From Spirochaetia bacterium (GTDB taxonomy: Bacteria; Spirochaetota; Spirochaetia; SZUA-6; Bin103), in NCBI GenBank assembly GCA_965199955.1, contig CBDATQ010000001.1, positions 1,088,001-1,152,000 on the forward strand: a stretch of DNA of 64,000 nucleotides, in the 5' to 3' direction. Below the pieces are notes generated by a model that was not told where the DNA came from, ran no database searches, and saw nothing but the letters and a program-made list of their open reading frames with translations. Below are positions 1 to 11,242 of the stretch, one piece after another (the stretch's first letter is position 1; every line of letters begins with the position of its first letter). The translations under genes and the position numbers were made by a program.

Positions 1-1
1 G

Positions 2-331
2 AGCGTGGATATCGTGCCCTCGAAGTTCAAGTTGGAGATCGTCAAGACGTTGAAGACCGAGGGCTACGTGCGCAACTTCAAGCGCGCCGGCCAGGACGGT
101 CAGGGACCGGTGCGCGTGTTCCTCAAGTACGACGACCAGCGCAGACCGGTCATCCGCGGAATGCAGCGGATCTCGAAACCGGGGCGCCGGGTGTATCGGA
201 GCTATCGCACCATGCCTCGTATCCTGAACGGGTATGGGACACTGATCGTCTCCACCTCGTCGGGTGTGATCACCGGCCGCAAGGCCGCTCAGCAACAGGT
301 CGGCGGCGAGCTGATCTGCAGCGTGTGGTAG
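2..331 (+). CDS. rpsH: 30S ribosomal protein S8 (5'-truncated by window edge)
   Basis: ISKPGRRVY and [11 protein letters not shown]...GGELICSVW motifs; spc operon position. Confidence 0.97.
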   Translation, partial: SVDIVPSKFKLEIVKTLKTEGYVRNFKRAGQDGQGPVRVFLKYDDQRRPVIRGMQRISKPGRRVYRSYRTMPRILNGYGTLIVSTSSGVITGRKAAQQQVGGELICSVW

Positions 332-335
332 CCGG

Positions 336-884
336 ATGTCACGCATAGGAGTGCTGCCGATTCCGGTGCCGACGGGAGTCGAAGTGGCGGTGCATGACAG
401 CCAGGTGGACGTTGCCGGTCCCAAGGGCACGCTCAGCACGTCGTTGCCCGATGTCTTGCGGGTCGATGTCGCGGACGGAACGGTCGCCGTCAGCCGAGCC
501 GACGATGAACGGTCCTCGCGGGCGGTGCATGGTCTGACCCGCAACCTGATCGCCAACATGGTGACCGGGGTGTCGACCGGGTTCACGCGGGAGCTTCTCA
601 TCAACGGGGTGGGGTACCGTGCGGAGGTTCAGGGGACTACGCTGGTCGTCGACGCCCGCTACGCGCGGCCGGTCCAGTTGCAGGTTCCGGCCGACCTCGC
701 CGTTCAGGTGGAGGGCGGCAATCGTATCCAGATCTCCGGCGTCGACAAACAGCGTGTCGGCCAGTTCGCCGCGGATGTCCGGTCGGTACGGCCGCCGGAA
801 CCATACAAGGGCAAGGGCATCCGCTACGCGGACGAGCACGTGCGCCGCAAGGTAGGAAAGTCGGCCGTGGGAGGTGCCGGCTGA
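336..884 (+). CDS. rplF: 50S ribosomal protein L6
   Basis: MSRIG start, GVGYRA, RPPEPYKGKGIRY. Confidence 0.98.
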   Translation: MSRIGVLPIPVPTGVEVAVHDSQVDVAGPKGTLSTSLPDVLRVDVADGTVAVSRADDERSSRAVHGLTRNLIANMVTGVSTGFTRELLINGVGYRAEVQGTTLVVDARYARPVQLQVPADLAVQVEGGNRIQISGVDKQRVGQFAADVRSVRPPEPYKGKGIRYADEHVRRKVGKSAVGGAG

Positions 885-1237
885 TGGGTGCGCCGGCTAA
901 GGTGGTGCGTCGTCTTCGGCGCAAGCGGAGCATCCGTGGTAAGGTGCGCGGCACCGCCATGCGGCCGCGGATGACGGTTTTCAAGAGCAACCGGTACACC
1001 TACGTTCAGGTGATCGACGACGACGCGGAGCGTACCGTAGTGGCGGTTTCGAATCGGGAAGCGGCGGTCGACGTGCCCAACCGGGTGTCCGACCTCGGCC
1101 GGCTCGGTGAGCTCGCGGGCGAACGATTGCGCGCGAGCGGGATACGGAGTGTGGTGTTCGATCGCAACGGCTATCCCTATCACGGCAAGATCAAGGCGAT
1201 CGCGGACGGCGCACGCAAGTCCGGCATCGCACTGTAG
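884..1237 (+). CDS. rplR: 50S ribosomal protein L18
   Basis: [34 protein letters not shown] overlap. Confidence 0.97.
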   Translation: MGAPAKVVRRLRRKRSIRGKVRGTAMRPRMTVFKSNRYTYVQVIDDDAERTVVAVSNREAAVDVPNRVSDLGRLGELAGERLRASGIRSVVFDRNGYPYHGKIKAIADGARKSGIAL

Positions 1238-1253
1238 GATTTCGAGGGGTAAC

Positions 1254-1763
1254 GTGGGCGACAGAGACCGGGAACGCGGCGACCGGGGTGAGGGATTCGA
1301 GAAACTCGTTCGCCTCAACCGAATTGCCAAGGTAGTAAAGGGAGGCCGCAGATTCTCGTTCTCTGCGGTGATGGTGGTCGGTGACCGCAACGGCCATGTC
1401 GGCGTCGGGTTCGGCAAGGCTGCCTACGTGGCCGACGCCATTCGCAAGGGTTCGGAACGGGCGCGGCGCAACATGGTGAGAGTTCCGATGCGGGGCGGCA
1501 CCCTGCCGCACCAGGTCAACGGTGTGTTCAAGGGGGCGAAGGTGCTGCTGAAACCCGCGGCTCCGGGAACCGGCGTGATTGCCGGCGGTCCGGTGAGGGC
1601 GGTGCTCGAGGCGGCCGGCGTGCGTGATGCGCTCAGCAAGTCGCTGGGCTCGCAGAACTCGATGAACCTGGTGAAGGCCGTGTTTCAGGGCTTGGGTCAG
1701 ATCATGGAAGCCTCGGAAGTTGCCGCCCGCCGTGGCAAGACCGTACCGGAGCTGTGGCGATAG
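1254..1763 (+). CDS. rpsE: 30S ribosomal protein S5
   Basis: [23 protein letters not shown] 1254 follows GAGGGG SD (ORF-track start 1107 is too early). Confidence 0.97.
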   Translation: MGDRDRERGDRGEGFEKLVRLNRIAKVVKGGRRFSFSAVMVVGDRNGHVGVGFGKAAYVADAIRKGSERARRNMVRVPMRGGTLPHQVNGVFKGAKVLLKPAAPGTGVIAGGPVRAVLEAAGVRDALSKSLGSQNSMNLVKAVFQGLGQIMEASEVAARRGKTVPELWR

Positions 1764-1987
1764 TGGCTGCCATCGGCACTGAAGGCCCCCTGCGGCTCAC
1801 CGACGGCGCGCGCGTGCGCGTGACGCTCGCCCGGAGCGTTATCGGGCGCAGCCCCAGGCATCGGGCCACGGTTGAGGCGCTCGGGTTGCGCGGCATCGGA
1901 TCGTCCGCCGAGCACACCGCCTCCGCGCCGATCATCGGCATGATCCGCAAGGTACGCTACCTTCTTGCGATCGAGGAGATCTCATGA
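1763..1987 (+). CDS. rpmD: 50S ribosomal protein L30
   Basis: VTLARSVIG...ALGLR...GMIRKVRYLL; start GTG 1763 or 1754 uncertain. Confidence 0.93.
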   Translation: MAAIGTEGPLRLTDGARVRVTLARSVIGRSPRHRATVEALGLRGIGSSAEHTASAPIIGMIRKVRYLLAIEEIS

Positions 1988-2517
1988 GCGAACCTGACAG
2001 CACCGTGGATGCGCCGCGGGTGCGCCGGCCGGCCGGCGCCGTACGCAAGCGACGCGTCGTCGGCCGCGGCTCGGCGAGCGGGCATGGCGGCACCTCGGGA
2101 CGTGGAACGAAAGGACAGCGGGCCCGCGCCGGGAGCGGCGTTCGCCCCACCTTCGAGGGCGGGCAGATGCCGCTGTACCGGCGTATCGCACGCCGCGGCT
2201 TCAGCAATCACCCGTTCCGGAACGTCCACGATGTACTGGATGTCCGCGATCTCAACCGCTTTGCGGACGGGGCCACCGTCGACCGGCAGGCGCTCCTGAA
2301 AGCCGGCATGATCCGGTCGACAGGGGTGCCGGTCAAACTGTTGGGCTCGGGAAATCTCGAACGTGCGCTCACCGTACGCATCGATCGCGCGTCCTCCGGC
2401 GCTTGCCGGAAGGTGACGGCCGCCGGTGGCACGATCCATCTGACCGATGCCGCCGCCGATGCTTCGCCCGATGACGCTCCGGCGTCGGATGGAACCGCGG
2501 GCGACGAGTCGGGCTGA
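1984..2517 (+). CDS. rplO: 50S ribosomal protein L15
   Basis: GRGSASGHGGTSGRGTKGQ, FEGGQMPL; acidic C-terminal tail. Confidence 0.97.
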   Translation: MSEPDSTVDAPRVRRPAGAVRKRRVVGRGSASGHGGTSGRGTKGQRARAGSGVRPTFEGGQMPLYRRIARRGFSNHPFRNVHDVLDVRDLNRFADGATVDRQALLKAGMIRSTGVPVKLLGSGNLERALTVRIDRASSGACRKVTAAGGTIHLTDAAADASPDDAPASDGTAGDESG

Positions 2518-3833
2518 TGGCTAATCCGCTGCTCGACATCTTTCGGATCCGCGACCTGCGGGAACGGATCCTGTTCACGGTCATGATCCTGGTGATATTC
2601 CGGATCGGCGCGTTCCTGCCGATCCCCGGGATCGATGTCAGCACCGTCAAGAACTTCTACGCCGCGCAGCAGTCGGGCGGCATCGGCATCACGGACTACT
2701 TCGACTTCTTCTCGGGCGGCGCATTCACGAACTTCTCCGTCTTCATGTTGGGAATCGTGCCGTACATCACCACGTCGATCATGATGCAGCTCCTGGTCCT
2801 GGTGTTCCCGAAGCTGAAGAAGATCTCCCAGGAGGATGGCGGCAAGAAGCGCATCCAGCGGTACACCCGGATCGCCACGGTCGGCGTTTGTCTCATTCAG
2901 TCCTTGACCGTCACGACCTTCGCCGGCCAGATCCCTGGTGCGATCATCATGGATCGCATCCCGTTCACGGTCCTGGCTACCGTCACCGTGACCGCCGGCA
3001 CGATCTTCCTGATGTGGCTGGGGGAGCAGATCACGCAGCGTGGCATCGGCAACGGCATATCGCTGCTGATCTTCGCCGGAATCGTCGCCCGCATTCCCGA
3101 CGCGATCTACCTCATGATCAACCAGGTGCAGCGTGGCGACCTGAATCCGGTCTTCTTCGTCCTCGTGCTCGGCGCGTTCGTCGGCGTGATCTCGCTGGTC
3201 ATCTACGAACAGCAGGGACAGCGAAGGATCCCGGTCAACTACGCCAAGCGGGTGATCGGCCGCAAGGTATATGGCGCGCAGAACGCCTATCTCCCGTTCA
3301 AGATCAACCCCTCGGGGGTCATCCCGGTGATCTTCGCTTCTTCGGTCCTGATCTTCCCGCTGCAGATCGCGCAGAACTTGGGCGGCGGCGTGCCGTGGCT
3401 CTCGCGCTTCGCGGCATGGCTGACGCCGAACGGCGTGCCGTACATGCTGTTCTACGCGCTGTTGATCGTGTTCTTCGCCTACTTCTATACGCAGGTCACG
3501 CTGAACCCGGTCGAGATCAGCAAGCAGATCCGCGAGAACGGCGGCTCGATCCGCGGCATCAGCTCCGACAACATGACGGAGTACCTGACGCGGATTCTGA
3601 ACCGGATCATCTTGCCGGGAGCGCTGTTCCTGGCGGTCATCGCCATCATTCCGTCCATCATCCAGGCGTTGTTCCGGTTTCCATCCAGCGTCGCCTTCCT
3701 GATGGGCGGCACGTCGCTGTTGATCATGGTCGGCGTCGACCTGGATACGATGAGTCAGATCGAAGGGCATCTGAAGATGCACCATCACGACGGGATCGTT
3801 CGCAAGGGCCGCGTACGGGCCCGCAATCTGTAG
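2517..3833 (+). CDS. secY: Preprotein translocase subunit SecY
   Basis: [35 protein letters not shown]; multiple TM segments. Confidence 0.98.
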   Translation: MANPLLDIFRIRDLRERILFTVMILVIFRIGAFLPIPGIDVSTVKNFYAAQQSGGIGITDYFDFFSGGAFTNFSVFMLGIVPYITTSIMMQLLVLVFPKLKKISQEDGGKKRIQRYTRIATVGVCLIQSLTVTTFAGQIPGAIIMDRIPFTVLATVTVTAGTIFLMWLGEQITQRGIGNGISLLIFAGIVARIPDAIYLMINQVQRGDLNPVFFVLVLGAFVGVISLVIYEQQGQRRIPVNYAKRVIGRKVYGAQNAYLPFKINPSGVIPVIFASSVLIFPLQIAQNLGGGVPWLSRFAAWLTPNGVPYMLFYALLIVFFAYFYTQVTLNPVEISKQIRENGGSIRGISSDNMTEYLTRILNRIILPGALFLAVIAIIPSIIQALFRFPSSVAFLMGGTSLLIMVGVDLDTMSQIEGHLKMHHHDGIVRKGRVRARNL

Positions 3834-3841
3834 AGGTCATC

Positions 3842-3955
3842 ATGAAGGTCAGGGCCAGCGTGAAGAAGATGTGTGCGAAGTGTAAGGTCATCAGGCGTCG
3901 CGGCGTCGTCCGCGTCATTTGCGACAACCCGAAACACAAACAGCGACAGGGGTAA
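3842..3955 (+). CDS. rpmJ: 50S ribosomal protein L36 (Zn-binding form)
   Basis: [37 protein letters not shown] read from ATG 3842. Confidence 0.98.
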   Translation: MKVRASVKKMCAKCKVIRRRGVVRVICDNPKHKQRQG

Positions 3956-3959
3956 CGAC

Positions 3960-4340
3960 ATGGCGAGGATCGCGGGGATCGACCTGCCGAACAAGCACGT
4001 GAGCGTAGGCCTGACCTACATCTTTGGAATCGGAGCGCCTTCGGCGGCTGCGATCTGTGACAAGACCGGGATCGCCCGGGACCGGATGCTGAACGACCTG
4101 GCACCGGAAGAGGTCAACGAGTTGCGGCGCGTGATCGAGAGCGACTACGTGGTCGAAGGATCGCTGCGTACCGAGGCGTCGCTCAACATCAAGCGGCTGA
4201 TGGACATCGGCTGTTATCGGGGCATACGCCACCGGCGCGGACTGCCGGTACGCGGACAGCGTACGCGAACCAACGCGCGCGCGCGCAAGGGCAGCAAGAA
4301 GACGGTCGCGGGCAAGAAGAAAGCGCCCACCGCCAAGTGA
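3960..4340 (+). CDS. rpsM: 30S ribosomal protein S13
   Basis: [28 protein letters not shown]. Confidence 0.98.
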   Translation: MARIAGIDLPNKHVSVGLTYIFGIGAPSAAAICDKTGIARDRMLNDLAPEEVNELRRVIESDYVVEGSLRTEASLNIKRLMDIGCYRGIRHRRGLPVRGQRTRTNARARKGSKKTVAGKKKAPTAK

Positions 4341-4395
4341 CGACAGGGCTGATTCGACGGACAAGACTGGTAAAGGACGGTTGCGAGTAACGTAG

Positions 4396-4773
4396 ATGGC
4401 AAAATCGAAAGGCAAACGGGACCGGGCGGTCAGCGAGGGGAACGTCTATATCCAGGCGACCTTCAACAACACGATCGTGACAATCACCGACCTTATGGGA
4501 AACGCGGTGTCGTGGGCTTCGGCGGGATCTCTCGGGTTCCGCGGGGCGAAGAAGTCCACTCCGTTCGCGGCGCAGACGACCGCTGAGACCGCCGCGCGGA
4601 AGGCGATGGACTACGGCCTGATGGAGGTCAACGTGTTCGTCAAGGGTCCCGGTGGGGGCGGCGAATCGGCTGTTCGGTCGCTCGGGGCGCTCGGCCTCCG
4701 CGTGCGCACGATCCAGAACGTCACGCCGATTCCACACAACGGCTGCCGGCCGCAGAAGAAGCGGAGGGTGTAG
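4396..4773 (+). CDS. rpsK: 30S ribosomal protein S11
   Basis: [24 protein letters not shown]. Confidence 0.98.
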   Translation: MAKSKGKRDRAVSEGNVYIQATFNNTIVTITDLMGNAVSWASAGSLGFRGAKKSTPFAAQTTAETAARKAMDYGLMEVNVFVKGPGGGGESAVRSLGALGLRVRTIQNVTPIPHNGCRPQKKRRV

Positions 4774-4775
4774 CG

Positions 4776-5411
4776 ATGGCTCGCTACATCGGCCCTGCCT
4801 GCCGGCTTTGCCGGGCGGAAGGGGTAAAGCTGTTTCTCAAGGGGGCGCGCTGTCATTCGGACAAGTGTCAGATCACCAGGCGGCGTGGCAAGCCGGGCAA
4901 GGCCCCGCGGGCCCGTATGCAGAAACTGTCGGACTACGGCATGCAGCTTCGCGAGAAGCAGCGCGTGAAGCGCATGTACGGAATGCTGGAACGACAGTTC
5001 CGCATCTTCTTTGATCGCGCCAACCGGCAGCGCGGCGTTACTGCGGAGAACCTGGTGCGCATGTTGGAGCAGCGGCTCGACAACGTGGTATACCGCATGC
5101 ATTTCGCCAGTTCGCGCAAGCAGGCACGGCAGCTCGTCTCGCACGGTCACGTCATGGTCAACGACCGGCGGGTGACCATCCCGAGCTATCTGGTACAGAA
5201 GGACGACGTGCTGGAGTTGCAGGAGCGGGGCAAGATGATGACGGCGGTCAAGGACAGTCTGAAGGAGTATTCCCGCTCCGGAACGCTGCCATGGCTGGAG
5301 GTCGATCCGGATGCGGTCCGTGGTCGGGTCCTGGCTCTGCCACGGCGGGCAGACGTCCCGGATCTCGAAGGCGTCAACGAGCAGCTGATCGTCGAGCTGT
5401 ATTCCAAGTGA
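4776..5411 (+). CDS. rpsD: 30S ribosomal protein S4
   Basis: [33 protein letters not shown]. Confidence 0.98.
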   Translation: MARYIGPACRLCRAEGVKLFLKGARCHSDKCQITRRRGKPGKAPRARMQKLSDYGMQLREKQRVKRMYGMLERQFRIFFDRANRQRGVTAENLVRMLEQRLDNVVYRMHFASSRKQARQLVSHGHVMVNDRRVTIPSYLVQKDDVLELQERGKMMTAVKDSLKEYSRSGTLPWLEVDPDAVRGRVLALPRRADVPDLEGVNEQLIVELYSK

Positions 5412-5418
5412 GGGGCTG

Positions 5419-6570
5419 ATGGCGAGAAAAAACCTCTTGACGGGGCTCAATCGGCCGACCGGCATGGTCTTCGAGCACACCGACGTGGATGCCTCCTACG
5501 GGAAGTTCATCGCGTATCCGTTCGAGCGTGGCTATGGCGCGACCATCGGCAACAGCCTGCGGCGCATTCTGCTCTCGGGAATCCAGGGGTATGCGATCAC
5601 GGCCGTGCGCATCGCCAGCCGCGAGGAGGACGGATCATCGCACACGGTTTCCAGTGAATTCGAGCCCATTCCTCATGTCGTTGAAGACACGCCGGATATC
5701 ATCAACGCCCTTAAGCAGATCAGACTGGCTCTGGACGAAGGGGTGGAGGAGCGGACGGTGTACGTGGAAGTGTCCGGCCCCAAGACCCTGGTCGCCGGCG
5801 ATCTGGCGGTGGACACGGGCATAGTGGTGACCACGCCGGAGCTGGCGATCGCCACCCTCATGGAAGACGCGAATCTCGAGTTCGAGGTGCAGATCGAGTT
5901 CTCGCGTGGTTATCTGCCGACGGAGAACAGCGAACGCTTCATCGATGTTGTCGGCACGATTCCGATCGACGCTCTGTTCTCGCCGATCACGCGCGTGAAG
6001 TACGCGGTGGAGAACACCAGGGTCGGCCAGCGGACCGACTACGACAAGCTGGTGCTGGAGGTGTGGACGGACGGCACGCTCAAGCCTGAGGACGCGGTCG
6101 CGGAGGCGGCCAAGATCGCCAAGGACCACTACACGATATTCATCAACTTCGAGGAAGACGAGGTCGGCGACCACGAGGAGCTTGATCTCGAGGACGAACG
6201 GCTGCGCCGCTTGCTCGATACCCCGGTCGAGGAACTGGAGCTGTCGGTACGGTCCAGCAACTGCCTGCGGAACGAGAACATCCGCACCATCGGCGACCTG
6301 ACGCGCAGAACCGAGGAAGAGATCGCCAAGACGCGCAATTTCGGACGGAAGTCCCTCGACGAGATCAAGAAGCGGCTGGAAGAGCGTGGGTTGCAGCTTG
6401 GCATGAGCGACTACAGCGCGGTGCGGCAGCAGCTTGCCAGCGCCGAATCGGTCGCTCCCGCGACGGGTGAGGGGGGCGATGAAGCAGTGGTCGGCAACAC
6501 GGAGGCAACGGTGGGGACCGAGGCCGCGGCGGGCGCTGAGGTTGCGGCGCTTGACGAGACCGACGAGTGA
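5419..6570 (+). CDS. rpoA: RNA polymerase subunit alpha
   Basis: [38 protein letters not shown]. Confidence 0.98.
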   Translation: MARKNLLTGLNRPTGMVFEHTDVDASYGKFIAYPFERGYGATIGNSLRRILLSGIQGYAITAVRIASREEDGSSHTVSSEFEPIPHVVEDTPDIINALKQIRLALDEGVEERTVYVEVSGPKTLVAGDLAVDTGIVVTTPELAIATLMEDANLEFEVQIEFSRGYLPTENSERFIDVVGTIPIDALFSPITRVKYAVENTRVGQRTDYDKLVLEVWTDGTLKPEDAVAEAAKIAKDHYTIFINFEEDEVGDHEELDLEDERLRRLLDTPVEELELSVRSSNCLRNENIRTIGDLTRRTEEEIAKTRNFGRKSLDEIKKRLEERGLQLGMSDYSAVRQQLASAESVAPATGEGGDEAVVGNTEATVGTEAAAGAEVAALDETDE

Positions 6571-6612
6571 GCATCATGTACGGAAACCGGTGCATACTGG
6601 GGGTGGAGTGAA

Positions 6613-6993
6613 GTGAGACACCGCGTCGGCTACAATCCGCTCGGCCGCACGCCGAGCCACCGCAAGGCGCTCCATTCCAACATGGTGGCGGCGCTGTTCC
6701 GGCACGAACGCATCCGCACCACCCGTGCCAAGGCGCTTGCCGTGCGTCGCAGCGCGGAGAAGATGATTACGCGCGCCAAACACGACAGTGTGCACAGCCG
6801 GAGAATTATCGCGCGGCGCCTGCATGATCCGGCGGTGCTGGCCAAGCTGTTCGATGTCCTGGGACCTCGCTTTCAGAGCCGTCCCGGCGGATATACGCGT
6901 GTGCTGAAGCTCGGTCCGCGATACGGCGACGCCAGCGAGATGGTGATCTTGGAGTTGCTCGACCGCCCGGTCGATACGGAAGAAGCTCCCTGA
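6613..6993 (+). CDS. rplQ: 50S ribosomal protein L17
   Basis: MRHRV...[26 protein letters not shown]. Confidence 0.97.
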   Translation: MRHRVGYNPLGRTPSHRKALHSNMVAALFRHERIRTTRAKALAVRRSAEKMITRAKHDSVHSRRIIARRLHDPAVLAKLFDVLGPRFQSRPGGYTRVLKLGPRYGDASEMVILELLDRPVDTEEAP

Positions 6994-7081
6994 GCAGTCA
7001 CCCCGGCGCCGCGTAGGCGGCCGATCGGACGAGTACGCGGCGGGCGCGGATGAAGCGCATGCGAGGCCGCATCGCTCGGGG

Positions 7082-7708
7082 TTGCCTGCACTGAGAGTTA
7101 CCGCGGCCCGCTGGCTTGACGGCAATCTGTCGGCCTCAACGCGGTTGTTGGCGGGCCTGCTGCTGGCCGCTGGACTGGTGGCGCAGGACGACCTGATGCT
7201 GCGTGGAGCCCAGGCGCTGATCTTCGCCGCGCTGGCATGGCTGATGCAACCGCGCCTGCGGCTGCGGCGCACCATGTTGTTCCTCGGCGTGACGGTCGCG
7301 TTCAATCTGCTCACCCCGGCCGGTCGCGTCCTGCTGCGGATCGGCGGCGTCGCGGTCACGGAGGGGGCTCTGACCGTCGGCGCGGGCAAGGCTGCAAGCC
7401 TGGGCGGATTGATGTTTCTCTCGCGGCTCATGGTCGATTCGCGCCTGCGGCTACCCGGAGCGGCGGGGGCACTACTCGCCTCGAGCCTCGCGTTCCTTGC
7501 GCGTCTCATGGACGGCCGTGTGCGTTTCGACCTGCGCCATCCTGCCCGGAGCCTCGACCGGGCATTGCTCTCCGCTCGGGACGCCGCGCCCGAAGCGCCA
7601 CCGGCCGGAGGCGGTTCCGGCACGACGACGCTGCTGGGCGGGACGTGCGTGGCCGTAGTGCTTGCGCTCGCAGGCGGAGCGCTCGTCTGGAGCCGCCTCC
7701 GCGGCTGA
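7082..7708 (+). CDS. Integral membrane protein, loosely like the N-terminal part of an ECF T component
   Basis: Several hydrophobic segments; FNLLTPAGRVL...VTEGAL pattern; start uncertain. Confidence 0.55.
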   Translation: MPALRVTAARWLDGNLSASTRLLAGLLLAAGLVAQDDLMLRGAQALIFAALAWLMQPRLRLRRTMLFLGVTVAFNLLTPAGRVLLRIGGVAVTEGALTVGAGKAASLGGLMFLSRLMVDSRLRLPGAAGALLASSLAFLARLMDGRVRFDLRHPARSLDRALLSARDAAPEAPPAGGGSGTTTLLGGTCVAVVLALAGGALVWSRLRG

Positions 7709-7711
7709 TCC

Positions 7712-7740
7712 GTGACGGTGTTCGTCTTCTGCGGTACACT
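7712..7740 (+). promoter_or_regulatory. Putative sigma70 promoter GTGACG-N17-TACACT
   Basis: Hexamers at 7712-7717 and 7735-7740, upstream of SD GGAGGG and GTG 7800. Confidence 0.45.
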
Positions 7741-7799
7741 AAGCGCGAGGCGAGCGGAGCGGTGCCGGGAGCGCGAGCGGCGGAGGGACGCCGGACGTC

Positions 7800-8693
7800 G
7801 TGAGGCTGGAGCAACTGCCGGTTGTGGGTCGCCCGCGCAAGCCGGTAAAGCCCCCGCCGGTGACCTCCACGGCTCGGGACGAGTACTTGGAGGACTTACC
7901 GCCTGCACGGGAAGCCGAGGAGCCGTTGCGGGCGAACCATCGCGCGGCGGCAGCGGGGAACCGGCCGTCCGCCCACATCAGCGTCCATCCGATGCGGGAG
8001 CTGCTTGATCTGGCGGCTCCGGGCAGGCCGGCGGTCGCGGTCGAGGACGGGATCTACCGCGTTCAGCCGCACGCCTACGGCGGGGTCCCGGGGCGCGATC
8101 CGGGTTTGCGCCGGCTGGCGGCTGCGGTAACCGGCGGCGCGGCGGACGCAGGTGGTCCGGCCAGTGGTGAGGTGGACGTGGGAAGCGAGGACGGCGACGC
8201 GCTGCAGGTGACCGGGTACGGCATCGAGATGGACGCGTTCCTGGCAGACGCGCGCGGCGACGAGCAGCCCGGGACCCGCGGTGGTCCGTTGGATCGCCTG
8301 GCTCGCCGCGTGGACGCCGTCGGCGCGGCTTTCCTGGTTCGCGGTCGGCACGGGGGATACCGGTCGCGGCAGGTCGCCGGCATCCTGGACCGGGCGGGCG
8401 GGCGGCTCGCGTTCGCGGATGAGGATCCTGTGGCCGCCCGTTACCTCACCCGTCGCGTGGCGCTCATCGTGGAGGATCCGCTGCAAGCGATCCCCGGACT
8501 GGGCCGCCGCTTCGCCGCGTCGGCGCGCGACCGGATCGGTTGCCTGTCATTCCTTCCCGCACGGACGGGCGGGCGGGCCGCCTACCTCATGCTTGCCGGT
8601 GCCCAGGGTGCGGGCGCATGGAACGTACAGGTCCTCGTGCGACGGTTGCGGCTGGTGAGGGATGCCGGGCAGGGCGGCCCGGCTCCTCCTTGA
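7800..8693 (+). CDS. Hypothetical protein, possible degenerate GAF-like C-terminal region
   Basis: 297-aa ORF filling the gap, with SD and candidate promoter; no family recognised. Confidence 0.55.
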   Translation: MRLEQLPVVGRPRKPVKPPPVTSTARDEYLEDLPPAREAEEPLRANHRAAAAGNRPSAHISVHPMRELLDLAAPGRPAVAVEDGIYRVQPHAYGGVPGRDPGLRRLAAAVTGGAADAGGPASGEVDVGSEDGDALQVTGYGIEMDAFLADARGDEQPGTRGGPLDRLARRVDAVGAAFLVRGRHGGYRSRQVAGILDRAGGRLAFADEDPVAARYLTRRVALIVEDPLQAIPGLGRRFAASARDRIGCLSFLPARTGGRAAYLMLAGAQGAGAWNVQVLVRRLRLVRDAGQGGPAPP

Positions 8694-8718
8694 CTTTGCC
8701 CGGCCCGGCCCGTACCGT
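8690..8718 (+). promoter_or_regulatory. Putative sigma70 promoter of rny, TTGACT-N17-TACCGT
   Basis: Hexamers at 8690-8695 and 8713-8718, upstream of GGAGG and GTG 8746. Confidence 0.65.
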
Positions 8719-8745
8719 GGATGTCAGCCATTATGGAGGAACGAA

Positions 8746-10275
8746 GTGGGACTGGTATGGTTCTTCATTCTTCCTCTCGCCGGTTTGCTGATCGGCTGGC
8801 TCGTCCGATGGTCCTACGCAAGATTCGAGCTTGCCTCTGCGGAGCAGAAGGCAAGAAGAGTACTCCAAGACGCGATACGAGAGGCGGAAGAGAGGAAGAC
8901 TGAAGCCCTCATCGAGACCAAGGACCAGCTCCTCGCCGAGCGCGAGACGCTGGACCGGGAGGCCCGTGATCAACGGCGCGAGATCGAGCGCTATGAACGG
9001 AAGATTCGTCAGAGGGAAGAGAGTCTCCAGGAGCGACTTGAGACCCTAGACCGTCAGGAACGAGCACTCGCGACGCGCGAGCAGCAAGTACAGGAGCGAG
9101 AGGACGCCGTCGACCACGCTGGAGCGGCGTTGAACGCCGAACTGGAGAAGGTCGCCCAACTCACGGTTGCGGAGGCCAAGCGGCAGCTGACCGCGAGCAT
9201 AGAAACGGAAGCCCGCCGGGAGGCGCACGACTTGGTGCGGCGTATCGAGGCGGAGGCGGCAGAGAGTGCCGAGCGGCGTTCCCGTGCGGTCATCATCTCC
9301 GCAATGCAGCGCTTGGCGACCGAGGTCACCGCCGAGACCAGCGTCACCTCGGTCGATCTCCCCTCCGACGAAATGAAGGGGCGGATCATCGGCCGGGAAG
9401 GCCGCAACATACGGGCCCTGGAGACCCTGACGGGCGTCGACATCATCATCGACGACACTCCTGAAGCCGTGATTCTCTCCTGCTTCGATCCGGTGCGCAG
9501 GGAGACCGCGAAGCTGGCTCTGCATCGGCTGGTATCGGACGGGCGCATCCATCCGGCGCGGATCGAGGAGGTCGTACGCAAAGTGATGCGGGAGCTTGAG
9601 CAGACGCTGTTCGAAGAGGGGCAGCGGGTGTTGTTCGAGCTCGGCATCCACGACATGCACCCGGATGGCGTGGCGGCGCTCGGTCGCCTGCGCTATCGAA
9701 CCAGCTATGGCCAGAACCAGCTCGCTCACTCCAAGGAAGCGGCCGTGCTCGCCGGGTTCATCGCCGTCGAGATCGGGGGCGACACGAAAGCCGCCAAGCG
9801 GGCGGCTCTGCTGCACGACGTGGGCAAGGGCATGGTATCGGACGGGGAGGTCGGGCACGCCGAGCTCGGCATGGATCTGGCCAAGCGGATCGGCGAGAAC
9901 GACATCGTGTGCAACGCGATCGGATCGCATCACAACGACATCGAGCCCGAGACGGTGGAGGCCATCATCGTCCAGATCGCGGACACCGTCTCGTCCTCGC
10001 GGCCCGGCGCGCGCCGGGAAGCGCTCGACAACTACCTCAAGAGGTTGGAAGACCTCGAGCGAATCGCCGGCGAGTACCAAGGGGTGGAAAAGACCTATGC
10101 GATCCAGGCCGGACGCGAGTTGCGCATACTGGTGAGCGCCGACTCGGTTTCCGACCATCGCGCCGGCGAGCTGAGTCGAGCGGTGGCGCGCCGGATCGAA
10201 GACGAAGTCACCTATCCCGGCCGCATCAAGGTGACGGTGATCCGCGAGACGCGCATCACCGAGTACGCGCGGTAA
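8746..10275 (+). CDS. rny: Ribonuclease Y
   Basis: N-terminal TM, coiled coil, KH motif (MKGRIIGREGRNIR), HD domain (LLHDVGK), AIQAGRE. Confidence 0.97.
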   Translation: MGLVWFFILPLAGLLIGWLVRWSYARFELASAEQKARRVLQDAIREAEERKTEALIETKDQLLAERETLDREARDQRREIERYERKIRQREESLQERLETLDRQERALATREQQVQEREDAVDHAGAALNAELEKVAQLTVAEAKRQLTASIETEARREAHDLVRRIEAEAAESAERRSRAVIISAMQRLATEVTAETSVTSVDLPSDEMKGRIIGREGRNIRALETLTGVDIIIDDTPEAVILSCFDPVRRETAKLALHRLVSDGRIHPARIEEVVRKVMRELEQTLFEEGQRVLFELGIHDMHPDGVAALGRLRYRTSYGQNQLAHSKEAAVLAGFIAVEIGGDTKAAKRAALLHDVGKGMVSDGEVGHAELGMDLAKRIGENDIVCNAIGSHHNDIEPETVEAIIVQIADTVSSSRPGARREALDNYLKRLEDLERIAGEYQGVEKTYAIQAGRELRILVSADSVSDHRAGELSRAVARRIEDEVTYPGRIKVTVIRETRITEYAR

Positions 10276-10334
10276 GCGTTCGCGTAGCTTCGCGCCCGGC
10301 TTGCCTGCTGTTGATCCACGCTGACCCTGTGCCC

Positions 10335-11183
10335 ATGGATCCGGCCGGGCCGGCCGCAACCGCGCAGCTCCGAACCCCTCGCAGGGAGTCGTCGGAAAGG
10401 GTCGGAGTCCTCCTCATCGGGGACATCGTCGGCGACGCGGGCATGAGAGCCGTGTTCGCCGGACTGCGAGGCCTGCAGCGGCGAAGCGGCGCCTCGGTAG
10501 TCGTCGCCAATGGGGAAAACGCCGTCGATGGCTACGGATTGACACCGGAAGTTGTGGACCGCATCCTCGGTTTCGGAGTCCAGGTGATCACGTCAGGCAA
10601 TCATGTCTGGCAGCATCCCGTGTTGCATCACACGCTCGAACACGAACAGCGGTTGCTGCGTCCCGAGAACTACCTCCCCGATGCACCGGGGCACGGATGG
10701 TGTGTGGTGCGGACGCCGGCGGCTGACGTCGGCGTGCTCAACGTGCAAGGCCGTCATGCGCTCCCGTCACCGCGGTGTCCGTTCCGGACGGCCGACAGCG
10801 CCGTCGCTGCCCTGCGCACCAGGACACCCGTGATCGTGGTCGACATGCACGCCGAGTCCTCGGAGGAAAAGGAAGCGCTGGCGCTCCATCTGGATGGCCG
10901 CGTGTCGGCCGTGATCGGCACGCACACGCACGTGACCACGGCAGATGAGCGCGTTCTCCCGGGCGGCACCGCCTACATCACCGATGTAGGCATGACCGGC
11001 CCGGCCAGTGGGGTGATCGGGTTCGATCAGCGGGTGTCGGTACGGCGCAGCCTGTCGCAGATGCCCTTGAAGCTTGCGGTGGCCGACGGTCCAAGCCTGT
11101 TGAACGCCGTCCATGTCGAGGTGGACGCCGCCAGCGGCCGCGCGCTGGCGATCGAACGCATGAGAGTCGGCGAGGACCGATGA
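10335..11183 (+). CDS. ymdB: YmdB/TIGR00282-family metallophosphoesterase
   Basis: GDIVG, ANGEN, TSGNH, DMHAE, GTHTH, DVGMTG; follows rny; start uncertain. Confidence 0.92.
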   Translation: MDPAGPAATAQLRTPRRESSERVGVLLIGDIVGDAGMRAVFAGLRGLQRRSGASVVVANGENAVDGYGLTPEVVDRILGFGVQVITSGNHVWQHPVLHHTLEHEQRLLRPENYLPDAPGHGWCVVRTPAADVGVLNVQGRHALPSPRCPFRTADSAVAALRTRTPVIVVDMHAESSEEKEALALHLDGRVSAVIGTHTHVTTADERVLPGGTAYITDVGMTGPASGVIGFDQRVSVRRSLSQMPLKLAVADGPSLLNAVHVEVDAASGRALAIERMRVGEDR

Positions 11184-11242
11184 CGCTCCGCGGCTTCTCG
11201 GGGCGGTTGGGTATGGCAAACGGAGCGGGGACCCGGAGGGAT

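Noticed and set aside
2208..3788. Long antisense and alternate-frame ORFs here and throughout (e.g. 23773-25263, 35895-38051, 52019-53683, 61322-62971)
   Set aside because: They shadow well-supported genes, are expected from stop-codon scarcity at high GC, and show no recognisable motifs.
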